Assembly: GCF_009914755.1 (NCBI RefSeq)
Contig: NC_060937.1
Reading direction: 5' to 3' (one strand)
DNA: 64,000 nt
Origin: the human T2T-CHM13v2.0 reference genome, Homo sapiens
The notes under the pieces: generated by a model
What the model was told of the DNA's origin: nothing
What the model saw: only the letters and a program-made list of their open reading frames with translations
Database searches by the model: none
Program-made: the position numbers and the translations under genes
In this document: one piece after another, positions 12,525-25,175 of the stretch
How positions within the stretch are numbered: the stretch's first letter is position 1
Layout: every line of letters begins with the position of its first letter

Positions 12525-13018
12525 CTAAAATAAGAGTTACCAAAGGGAAACATCACGGTTCGATTAAGTAAGAAATTAAACTTGGATATATCGTAAAGGA
12601 GGAGGCATTCCTACGGCATAGACTTAGCATCGCCACCTCTGATGGGCCCCAGGCCTGTGAGCCCCGGACTGCTGGGTCCTGCCCACCTTCCAGCTTGCCT
12701 TGAAGCCCATCTGCCTGCTCCCCTTCCTGCCCTTCCAGGTCACAGCCCTGGATGATGCCTTGCTCACTGTTCCCTTTCACATTTCCATGCCTTTTCTTAT
12801 GCAATTCTTCTGTCCAAATAACCTTCGCTTCTGCATGCATCAAGAAAACGCTCAAGCATTCTTCAAGAAATTGTCAACTCCTTCCATGTGTCCCCTCAGC
12901 ATTTTTCTGTATTAATTTTCAGTTTTGTCCAAAACTTCATTTCGTACCATCTGTCCACCAAGATCTTTTTCTCCACGACTGTTTTTCCCACTTGACTGAA
13001 TTTCTTGAGGACAGATAC

Positions 13019-13025
<7 letters not shown>

Positions 13026-13078
<53 letters not shown>

Positions 13079-13083
13079 TTTTT
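13026..13083. repeat. (TA)~22 microsatellite followed by a T run
   Basis: Read directly from the sequence. Confidence 0.98.
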
Positions 13084-13250
13084 GCATCTTTGTCTCCTTC
13101 TCCTCTTAGGAAGTCACTTTAACATAGTCACAGTAAAACAATTTGGGTTATGGAGCTAGACTGCCCGGGTTTGAATCTTGGTTCCACTAATGTTTTACCT
13201 TAGGCAAAAAATTCTGCACTACTCCCCTCACCTAAAACATATGGATAATA

Positions 13251-13584
<334 letters not shown>

Positions 13585-14072
13585 CTATTGAGAACCAAAA
13601 GAGTTAAACACACACTAGAGCAGTGCCTGGAGTACAAACAGCTTTCAATAAAAGTTACCTATAATCTACTGCTATTATTATTACTATACTGTAGTAAACA
13701 TTTAATAAAATTATCAATTGTTGATCAGTTATTATTATTTCTATGATCAACATTATTCATATCCTAATTCTTAGCACCCACAGTATGAGCACTTGGCTCA
13801 TAGGTGAACAGTAAGTGTTTGCTGAATTGAGTGTGTATAAGAAACTCTGATCCTTAAAAAGAATAAAAAACAGTCAATTAGGAGCCAGAACCTAAATATT
13901 CCATATTCGATAAGATTGAGTATATATGTTTATACATTGTAACATTATATATTTTTGATTTGTGTCAATTAAAATGTGCTAAACTGTTGTAGTTGTACGG
14001 TATCATGAAAGTGCATTTTGAAAATGGAAAAATCAGAATTCGTAGGTGAACATATGTTAAAAAAAACCAAAC

Positions 14073-14138
14073 CTTAAGGGGCTGAGAGTCTTCCTCATCT
14101 GAATCTTTGAATTCAATGCAAATCGCAATATTTCTAGC
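14073..14138 (-). CDS. DOCK9: DOCK9 exon ~18, ARNIAICIEFKDSDEEDSQPLK (DHR-1)
   Basis: 66 nt, ctgcag|GCT…AAG|gtttgg. Confidence 0.96.
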
Positions 14139-14274
14139 CTGCAGCAATAAACAAAACAGAATAAGAAAAAACAACAGAAAGTCAGACTATGTAAGTATTT
14201 ATAAAAGAACATGGGACGCTGAATCTAAAGGGAGGGTTTGACATCAAGAATGAAACCTCCATCTTCACACTCAC

Positions 14275-14462
14275 CTTGGCAAAAGACTTCTGACTGTCGT
14301 ATTTCAAGTACTTAGGATAAACGTAAAGGTGATTGGTGTAGATGGTGTAAGGCTGAGTGTGTTTTGGTATGCAGGGCACAAATTCCTCCACTTCAAACGT
14401 GATGGGAGTTTTACTGCAGGTTTCAAATTGTTTTGTGGGAATGTATGATGAATTAACATAAT
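14275..14462 (-). CDS. DOCK9: DOCK9 exon ~17, (N)[62 protein letters not shown] (start of DHR-1/C2)
   Basis: 188 nt, ttgcag|AT TAT…AAG|gtgagt; NHLYVYP DHR-1 motif. Confidence 0.97.
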
Positions 14463-14546
14463 CTGCAAAGATATTCAAAATAACTCAAACTGAAGTAAAA
14501 CCCAAACTAATAAAAATTCTGTCTATTATGTAGAACTGACACTTAC

Positions 14547-14626
14547 TAGGGAAGTCTGAGGAAACATTATCAATTGTAATGTCTAGATTGCCTAAAATCA
14601 CTGGGAGCTTAGCCATCTTCTCAGGT
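14547..14626 (-). CDS. DOCK9: DOCK9 exon ~16, (K)PEKMAKLPVILGNLDITIDNVSSDFP(N)
   Basis: 80 nt, ttgcag|A CCT…CCT A|gtaagt. Confidence 0.96.
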
Positions 14627-14682
14627 CTGCAAACAAAAGAAGAGAAAAATTAAACATTCGTAAGTTAACTCTAAAACCGACA

Positions 14683-14998
14683 CTCTAGAGCAGCACTTCC
14701 AAGAGAAATATAAAGCAAGCCATAAAGACAATTTTAAACATTCTAGTAGCCTCATGAAAAACAGCAAACAGGAACTGGTAACATTAATTTTAATAATATA
14801 CTTCACTCAACCCAATAGGTCCAAAATATTACCATGTCAGTATTTAATCAGTATAAAAAATGTGTACTCTAAGTCTTTAAAACCAGATATGTATTACTGG
14901 TTTTATACTTAAAGCACATCTCAATTCAGACGTCCTGTATTTCACAGGACAGCCACACATGGCTAGTGGCTGCGCACTACACAGTACAGGTCTAGATA
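14683..14998. mobile_element. hAT-Charlie DNA transposon relic (MER33-like)
   Basis: Flanked by NTCTAGAN-type target sites (ctctagag / gtctagat); internal agcacatctcaattcagac…gccacacatggctagtggct. Confidence 0.75.
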
Positions 14999-15089
14999 AA
15001 GAATATCAGCAAAACAGTTATAGCTCAAGTGTTCCTGAATCACTCCAGCCTCACCATAAATATTTGGCTCATTTAGAATCATCACCATT

Positions 15090-15329
15090 TGGGGGAGCTA
15101 AGCTATGAGGATGCAAAGGCAGTAGAATGATACAATGAACTTTGGCGACTTGTGGGAAAGGGTGGGAGTGGGGTGAGGGAAAAAAGACTACACATTGGGT
15201 ACAGTGTACACTGCTCGGGTGATGGGTGCACCAAAATCACAGAAATCACCACTAAAGAACTTATTCATGTAAGCAAACACCACCTGTTCTCCAAAAACCT
15301 ATTGAAATAAAAAATAAAATAAAACATAC
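15090..15329 (+). mobile_element. 5'-truncated L1PB 3' end with target-site duplication
   Basis: gggagctaagctatgaggatgcaaaggc…gggtacagtgtacactgctcgggtgatgggtgcacc…aaataaaaaataaaat; TSD aatcatcaccat on both sides. Confidence 0.88.
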
Positions 15330-15719
15330 AATCATCACCATCAGGAACTAGAAATCATCTTAGGCTCCAGTGTCCAGCACAATGCTGGGTTCAGAGTCGA
15401 AGCTCACTGAAATTGTTGTATTAATATTTGTTCTGACTCAATCCAATATAGGAATCCCCTGTGACACTCCTGACAAGTGCTGCTACTGCCTCACCCTTCC
15501 TAGTGACAATGAGACTTCTGATTCAGCGGTTTTGACACTAGTCTGCTCTTGCTCATAGCATAGTGAAATTCACCTCCCTGAAACTTCTACTCACCAAGGG
15601 GTCTAGCGATGTTCCTCTATCTTTCAACCACCTATACTACACATTCTGAAGCCCTCTATTCTCAGCACTTTTGCACCTGCCCCAATGTCATTCTCTCCCA
15701 GAAGAACCTGCCATTTATA

Positions 15720-16700
15720 TTACAGAGCCTGGAACTGCATACATCTGGCCAGTGTGGGTGCACAGCTGGGTGCACAGCCTCTGTCTGGTTTTCAACAATA
15801 TACCTGTCTATTAACACAGCCTCAAAGCTATTACTTTTAGGTAGCCATACCATCCTAGTGACTCACAGGAAATTTACAGTCACCTAAAATTCCTACATCT
15901 TTTTTCACATGCTTATTTCTTTGTCCTTTATTTATATAATTATATTTTTGGACCTCAGAAGAGAATTTAATTTTTGTCTTGCTGAAATTTCATCGTATTG
16001 TGTTTGAGCTATTTCTAGTTTATCAAAGTCCTCCTAGATCCAGATTTTACCACCTACTGCATTAGATATTCCTAATAGCTTTATGTCATAAAAATATTTA
16101 ATCAGCATGTTATAGTCTCATAAAAGTCATTGATAAAGATACTGCACAGTATATTGCCAAGAACAGGCTCCTTCCCAAGTCTCTGGAGGCCCATTTCCAG
16201 ACTGACACTAGCTCATTCATCACCCTCCCTAGCATCTGGTTTTTCCAGCAGTTGAACAACTGCCCACTCACGTGTGCAGCGCTTCTTTGACTCATTCACA
16301 GGCTACCACAGCACCCACACGTGGTAAATACATTCTGCTGAAGCCTTTGCACTCCTCTACTACACAAGCTTAGCGGCGCAGTTACAAAGAGAGAAGAAAT
16401 GCAGTTAGGATGACTAGTTCAACACGATATGACTTAGTCTTAGGAAACACAATGCCGCCTCACAGTCCTTCCTACGCCACCTGTTTCAGATCTCCTTTAG
16501 AACATTGCCAAAGATCACCAAAGCACAGGGACTGGCAGATTCAGCATTTGGTTTTGTTCCCATTTTTGAAAAGTTCCTACCTACAATTTTGCAGATTCTT
16601 TGGACATGACTGCTGACTATTAAGCAGCCTCACGTGTCACTTCCCAGTACATCTTGGAATATTTGTCACCTGAATTAGGACTTCCCTAAAATTTCTAAAT
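15720..16700 (-). mobile_element. Highly decayed L3/CR1 LINE ORF2 remnant
   Basis: aaatttcatc…tttatcaaagtcctcctagatccagattttac…attagatattcctaatagctttatgtcat resembles antisense CR1/L3; boundaries approximate. Confidence 0.55.
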
Positions 16701-19700
16701 TCCTGCATCCTTAAGACTAGAGACGATGTTGAGAAGATCCATCGTGGCCCATCGCCAGCTCTAAGCTGCTAAATCTCTTTCTCTCAGGGTCCCTCCCTCT
16801 CATTTCCACTTGTCTTCTGTTTACATCTGAGTTTAAATGAACAGTTCCTGAAAGAGGTAATGGTCAGGAAGGCAAGTCAATGATTTTTCACATGTTCCGC
16901 CTTCCGTTGAAAAGATGTCTGGCCAAGAGCTCTCCAGGTACAGCCAAGCACTCCCCTACAGTTTGCCCCTGTGCCTGCGGTGTGAGCTGCTTCACACACA
17001 CAAGATCCTTTCCTGTTGGTGGGAGGAGGGGCAGCAGCCTCCCCTCAAGGGTCAGTCATTTCCTGAGAGCTTTTGACCCAGCATCTCCCAAGCTCTGGGC
17101 ACTCCTACGATGATAGCTTGTGGAGCCTCTCTCAGCTTCACATAGAACTCTTCAGGGGCATCAACCTTCAGACAGGGGGTTTTATGAAGGTATCAATTTT
17201 CTTGACATACGGTGCCTTGCTCACCTCTTCAGTGGAGGAATTCAACACCACAACATATCACAAGACACTGCACTCCACAAAATTGTAGAGACACCTATGA
17301 AGTTGTATCTGCTTTGAGTTAGAAATACTCTGTTTATTACAAATTATACTTTTAAATATAAGTAAGTATGCAAGGGTAATGGATTTCACCCCCTCCTAAT
17401 TATTTCCACCTATGAATGAACAGGCATCTTCATCACCATTTTTAAGATCACTCCAACATCCTCCACATATAAATTTTTGAGAGAGGTGGAACACAATTAA
17501 AATACGTTTCTAAGCAACATATTTTAATTAAATGATCTTCACTGGAAATCTTCCTATAGTGTATTGTGTCCTTCTGTGCCTAACTATAGTTATTTCTTAT
17601 TCTATTTCCTCCCTCTGCTGAGAGATTTTACTTCTAGTTGCTGCTTCTGTAAAGACGTTCTTTCCATGTGTTTCCAAGCACATTTCTGAGTTTAGTTCCA
17701 TATTATGTAGCACATGGGCTTTTAAAAGTTGTTTTTTTTTTTTTGCCAGCTTTAAGTTTTTAAAAACCCAATCTCAAACCCATTTCAAAAGTTTACGGTT
17801 TATGTTGAATCTGGTTTATTAGACATCAAACACTCACAGGCAATAAAGATTTTACTGCCTTTTTATGCACTTCCAAAGTGGTGGTTGTGTGCGTGTTACA
17901 CAAACTGAATTCTTTCATGACTGAGAATAGTTTTGGTTTTTTTGCTTTGTTTTGCTAAAGAGTACCTATATTCTATGCAAAATTTATAAAATAATCCTTG
18001 AACATGAAAACTCATCTTAAAATTACACGAATTAAGTAAGCATGCAATACAGACACTTGCAGGATGCCTGGCCTCTGGGAACTGCTCCTGTCTCTGTGTG
18101 AATGTAGAAGTGAGGCTCAAACTCTCTCTTAGGAAAATTTTCCCTTCCCACTGCCCATCCATTTCTGCTGACTCAACAATTCCCACAGAGGAAATGGGAA
18201 TGGTATCATCAACTAGCAGTCCTCCCATGCCAACAGATTTGGGGTCCTTATCTAAGTGTTTCTGCAGCCGGTCTTCCCTTCCTGACTTCCTGTATTGGCT
18301 CGTTAAAATGATTAGCTGGCAATACAGGTATGTTTGGACTGCTATTGGTGGTGAGTTTAATCTTCTAACTGTGTTTTGTGAAAGGAAATATTCCCTAAAA
18401 GCTTTGGTGTCACTTAAAAAAAAACAACTATATATGATTGAAAGAAATTTGAGATATTTTTGTTTCAACAAAAACCACTGAGTTTATGTCTAAGAAGAAA
18501 ATTCAATAAGCATTTATCAAGTGCTTAGGATATGCTGCAATGTATGTACTCAGGACCATGGAGGAATGCAAACAAGACATAATTTCTTTCCTCAAGAAGC
18601 CAAAAGTCCAGTAGACACTGTAAGCTACTTACGGCATATGAGGGCAATCACTTTCACAGAGTATGTACAAACCTCTACCAGAAGGCAGAGTATCTAGATC
18701 TATCGAGAGGGAACACGGGATGAGATCAGTATTCATGGTGGGAGAAATCACCTTAATGCCTTTTGCATTTATTCCCCACCACGGTTTTAGGGGGCAGGGG
18801 CTGTTATTATCCACCCTTAAAAAGAGGAGGCGGCTCAGGCAGAGAAGCCAAGTAACCGCCTCCAGGACTCCCAGCACAGAAGTGAGCCACAGACTGGGCT
18901 TTGAAAGATGAGTAGAGTTCCCTGAGAAAGACAAAGGAAAAGGGGAAGTGTGTATGCTGCATGTGTTTGTGATTTATGTGCTGCTTGATGAGGCAGGAAG
19001 GGGACACAATTTGGGCAGAGAGAAAAGCATGGCAGAGGGAAGTCCCCAGTGGGTTTAGAGAAAGTCAAGCAGCCCTACTTGGCTTGAGTGCAGTGTAACC
19101 AGAGCGAAATCGGGGTAAGACTGTAAAACCTGGATGCAAAGAAGATGAGTGTACAAATAAACACAGACACATTAAGCTGCATACGCAAAAACTTTAGTAG
19201 TATTATTACCTAAACTATCCAACGTAGTACCATTAAAAAGGTCTACGTTTTAAAGAAAACGTTCTATTTTTATACTTTGCCTTCATGTCTTCGCATTTCC
19301 TGCAGAAGTTGGAAAAGATGAGATACCATCTTATCCATGAGATACCACCATGAACAAATCAAATACGAAGTACCAAGTCTCTCTTCTTATAAAATGTTAG
19401 CAATATCATCTATCGGACAGAATCGCTTTCTTACTAAATCTTGGAACATATCCCTGGGTAATTATTGCAAGGGAAAAAGGAAAGTGGCTTATGAGCTTTG
19501 GCAGCTGTTTTGTTAAGACTGAGACAGCGTGAAGAAATTTTTTTCATGCATTATTAAATAACATTTTGAGACAATCATGGGGGTAGAAACAATAGCTTTG
19601 GATCCAAGCCGGTGCCCAGGCCACTGACATGAGATTATTTCCTGTAAAATATACAGAGGAAAGAAAAATAGCAATGCAAAGATTTTTAAAAAATGAAAAA

Positions 19701-20743
19701 GGAATCCTCCACGTCCCCTAACTCTGTTGTGAAGAATACGGGGAGTGGGCACCAAAGTTTCTTTGAATACTTATTGAGGAGCGTGGCCTCACTTATCCTG
19801 CTGTGTCTTCTATGCTGTCACCATCGGATCCCTGTTTTCAGGTTTCTGGGTCTCTAACTGGCCACCTGGAGCACACCCTTCACACCAATGCCCTCCTGCT
19901 GAGCACATGCATGAAGAAGTGGTGTGCAGAAGAGAACTCACACTTGGTTTTCCCTGGGCTCCTTTCTGCCTGGCCACAGGCTTTCTGCTCCCATCACTTT
20001 CAAATTAGTGACCATGTGAAGCCCCACTCCCCAGCCTCCACTGAAGACAGGACCATGCACTGGGGCTGCCCCTGAGGAGCCGCCACTGTGGGGAAGTCTC
20101 AAGCTAACCAGCCTAGGAAGTAACTTCTGAGACAGGGCTCCAACCTCCATCACATATAAAAAACTTCATTGTTTGTTTTGTCTGAATATAAAAGTGTTAG
20201 TTTTTTAAAAGTTCATATAAAAATGACAGAATGTTATAAAGTGGAAGGTGAAATATCACCCATCAACCCATCCCTCAGAGATAACCATGATTATTTGGCA
20301 TATATCCTAAATAGCTATTTTTATGCCTATCTTTCCATCTAGATAGCTACTTGCTTATCCATTTCTTCATTTACATACAAAAGAAATATATATTTTCTTT
20401 CAAAAAATATAGTAATACAGATATATTTTTTCTTCCTTAATAATATAGTGTATTCACTTTCCTAAGTACACGCAGACCCACCTCATGGTTATTAAGAGTT
20501 GCATGGTAGTTGAGCGAAGGAAAATATTGAAATCTATCCAACTAAAGGTGACTGGTTTTTGAAAAAATTAGTAAGAATGAAATTTTCTTGAAACTCAAAA
20601 AATGACAATAATTACTATATGATAATATAGTATGTATGATAATATATTACCCACTACCAATAGAGAAGATTTTTTTAAAGATTCTAACTGTGGCTTATAG
20701 GTATAATTCTGAAAAATCAGAAACACATTAAAAGTCAAAAAAT

Positions 20744-21112
<369 letters not shown>

Positions 21113-21300
21113 CTATCTCAATGGACTATTATAATATTTATGCATTAAAAATGATGTCTATAAAAATGTATATATAACACTTTCAGAAAATACTTGAGTT
21201 GTGCAGGGAAATATTACATATTTAGTATGATCATAGCTACATAAGATAAACTAAAATAAAATGTAAAGGAATAAAACGTAAAAAAAAATGTTCCCCCCTA

Positions 21301-21669
<369 letters not shown>

Positions 21670-22712
21670 TCAAAATTTCTAAAATGAACATGTATTATGT
21701 TTGTAAACTAAAGAACCTCTATGATTTAAAAGTAAAAATAGGGTACTATTCTTTTATTTAGTCTTTCATGAATAACAGATTCACAGGGATCCAGGGGCAC
21801 TCCCTGGCCAAGACCTGTGTCCTTACCAGGTCATAAAACTGTCAGATAGTGACTGGGAATTTGGGGCACCTATATGGTCCAGGAACCCTGGAAGGCTAAC
21901 CCAGCAGGCCTCATCCTTCACCAGTATCCTCCTCTCCCCCTTCTCCAATTCCCTACGTGAGCTGTGAAAGGTTCATTCCAAATCAGCCCAGCGGGCATGC
22001 ACACTGCTTTGCTGAACAGGCCAACCTTAGCTGCATGTTAGCAAAACTGAGGTTGCACTTCTCATTAAAGCTCCAAACAGGGGAAACATCAAGACAGTCA
22101 AAAACTGTATAATCACATAACTGAAAGAGACCTTGAGAATCCTTTCTACCTTTTTGAGCCTCTTGACAAGGGATTTCACGTCGCTGTGAAGGCTGAAGCC
22201 GCCTGCTGACATGGACGTGATTGGATTCTGATTAGGAACACGTCTCTGTGTTTTCAGAACTTATTGAGCCTGTTTCTATGACTCATATCGTTTCTATTCC
22301 TACTACTGAAGACAGATAAGAAAAAGGTAAAATAAGGTTAAAGAAAGCTAAGCAATCATTCTTGAGTTCTAGACAAACTGATAAGATTGCTATTTTGATA
22401 TGCACACACACAAAAAAAAAAACAAGGATACCTTTGGCATAGAATAGTTAGCATTTGGCTCTCAGCTATTCTTTTCACTTCACATCTTCTAGCGCCCTCA
22501 GCTCTTTCACATTCCCAGAATTTCCCCAGAAAAATTCTAAGACCCATCTCCCTAGCAAAGAAAATCAGTTTCAAAGGTTCAGAGTGAACTCTTTAGGATG
22601 TAGCAGCAAAACAGCATAGAGGTTAAGAACACAGACCCTCGGGTGAGACTGACTTGGGGAAGCTGCCGGCCCTGTGATGTTGCACACATTCCTTGCTCCC
22701 TCTTTGCCTCAT

Positions 22713-22975
22713 TGTTATGGGTTGAATTGTGTCCTCCAAAAGCATGGTGAAGTCCCAACCCTTTGTACCTATAAATGTGACCTATTTGGAAACAGGGTCT
22801 CTGCAGATGCAATCAGTTAAGATGAGGTCACTAGGCTTGGCCCTGATGCTTTATCACTAGTGTTCTAAGAAGGGAATTTAGACAGAGACACACAGGAAGA
22901 GGACCATGTGAGGCCAGAGGCAGAGTGGAGCAATGCTGCCACAAGCTAAGCGACAACTGGTGCCAGAAACTTCCA
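22713..22975 (+). mobile_element. MLT1B/C-like LTR fragment adjoining a MIR (~22600-22712)
   Basis: tgttatgggttgaattgtgtcctccaaa…aatgtgacctatttggaaacagggtct…gttaagatgaggtca. Confidence 0.8.
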
Positions 22976-23406
22976 AGTTAGAAACCTTGCAAGTTATTTA
23001 TCTTAGACTATTACCACCCCAAGCCAAGACCCAGTCATCGTTATCTCTTTGGCACGACTTGAATTTGTCCCCTTCTTCCTGTTTGCACTTGCAGTGGCTT
23101 TGCTGAGTCCTTTCTCACCTCTTGACAAGGTTCCTCAACTGTTTCCTCCCCACCATAGGCTCATCCTTACCCAGTCCACCCTTCACAGCACCACCCAAAA
23201 CATCCTCTACAGAATTCAAATTAACTGGTTATTCTTCTGATTTTCACCCCATCTTTCTTCTCAAGGGTTTGAGGAAATGCTTCACGCTCATTTGCCATCC
23301 CCTCTGATGTCTAAATCGAGCAACCTAAGTGACTGCTCCCCTGTTCCTCCCTCCCCACTACACAGCTTCTATTTTTCAGGTGTGGAAATAAGACCTTGAA
23401 ACTCAC

Positions 23407-23529
23407 TTCCGAAAGTCTGCAAGTAACTTGAGCATGTCATCATTGGATAGCTTATTGCTGTCTTGCCTGTAGATGGCAGAAAATCTGGCATTTTTGTCAA
23501 GATTTCCAGATGCATCCTTAAACAATGTC
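23407..23529 (-). CDS. DOCK9: DOCK9 exon ~15, (R)TLFKDASGNLDKNARFSAIYRQDSNKLSNDDMLKLLADFR(K)
   Basis: 123 nt, tttcag|G ACA…CGG AA|gtgagt, phase 2/2. Confidence 0.96.
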
Positions 23530-24097
23530 CTGAAATGGCAAAGCAACATTTCTAAACTGGGTTTCCAAAACACCAAAATCAATTCATTATTTAAGTCTAG
23601 TTTCTATGAGAAGTCTAATTATTATTCCATTGGCTATAGCCAACAGAAATCTCATTATCTAAAAACATGGAAAACATCTATGGGGATGAGGACAACTAAA
23701 TCAATTTACATAGAAAACAGTTCCAGCCAATGGCTTGTGCTTAGGAAACAATATACACAAGTCAAATGCTTAACAAGTAGAGTCAAGAGATAAAGATCAC
23801 CCCAGGCCTCACTGGATTGCCCTGACTTCCAGCTGGAGGCATGTGGTTGGGTCCTTGAATCCCAGCTCTGCAGCTAACACTACCGTGCACCCTGCCAGTT
23901 CCAGGTAGCACTTCTCCAGACAGTGTCTATCCTCTCTGTGACTCTACCAAATGATTTTTTCAAAATCTGGGCTTATGTATTTCTCAGTTTTACACATTCA
24001 AATCCTCTTTGTCTCAGAACAACAAACAGAATAGGCCTACTGACCCATCCATGCACCTATCTATATCGATTTAAAAGGTATAAAAGGTGTTCCTTAC

Positions 24098-24180
24098 CTT
24101 GCTGCCCAAGCAAATGGCATTCTATACTGTCCTAGTCTTTGGCATGCCTGCTTGGCATTCTTCAGCACCTTCTGGGCCAC
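24098..24180 (-). CDS. DOCK9: DOCK9 exon ~14, [27 protein letters not shown](R)
   Basis: 83 nt, ttcaag|GTG…GCA AG|gtaagg; RLGxYRMPFAW motif of DOCK-C/D proteins. Confidence 0.96.
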
Positions 24181-25029
24181 CTTGAAGACATGAGAATAAA
24201 GCTATGAGATACTGCATCTCACTGAAAGAACTGTGACCTCAAGAGCCATCCTTACATGCTCACTAAATAAGTCCTTACCATAGCATTGGATGCATAGAAA
24301 AGCACATCATACAGTAATGAATATGGCTGGATTCACACTCTGTGCAGAGTACTTTATTTAAGGCATTCTCTAGCAGTGATTCTCAAAGAATACAGAACGA
24401 AGACTTTCCAAAATCCATGTCTCTTCTTTGGTCTTTACGGGCAACAAACATGCTGTTTCAGAGGTTTTCATACATCTTTATGACTAAGTGCTACTTATTA
24501 TAAGTCTACTGAGTTATTAATAATTACTATTTGGTATCCATATCAAAATATATCACATTATTAGGATTGAAATGAGAACACTAATTAAAATACTAAGCTT
24601 TCACAGCTCCTAAAGCGCACTAGCTTATGCTGATTCCCACAATATAAGGGATAAGATATTAAGATACTGACTTCAGTTAGGCTGGGGTTCTCAATGCTAT
24701 ATTCTTGCTTTCTAAACATGAATTACTGCTATTTCTACTTCCTAATGATCAATTTTGGTTTGTTGTTGATTGATTGATTAATTCACAGTGTACAATGAAG
24801 CTTATTTGCTTTTAGCCTAAGGCAGACCTATTATTAATCATCTATACCCCTATTGCTAAAAAAGATAATGCTTAATTTTTCCAAATTTGTCTGTACTGTG
24901 ATAGTGCTTTGTCATCAATGCAAAGTTTGATTGTCTCAGAGTTACAGTGAAGGGTCTTTTACATTACTTAATTTTTTTTTTTTTTTTTTTACTGAAGGGT
25001 CTTTTACATAAGTATATCAAAGTCAAACC

Positions 25030-25175
25030 AATTTTGGGAAATGTACTCCAAAACCAAAGTGTGCTATAGCATCAGCATCACTGTAGAAATGCAGAGTCTC
25101 AGGCCTTGCCCCAAACTTCCTGGATCAGAACGTGCGTTCTGACAAGACCTCCGGTGATCTGTGTGTACCATCAGC
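25030..25175. mobile_element. MER5A-like fragment
   Basis: agcatcagcatcact…tagaaatgcagagtctcaggcc…atcagaa…acaagacctccggtgat. Confidence 0.6.

Noticed and set aside
17896-18481. 191-aa minus-strand and 127-aa plus-strand ORFs
   Set aside because: No recognisable domain, non-ATG starts and no splice link to DOCK9; better explained as intronic or UTR-like sequence.
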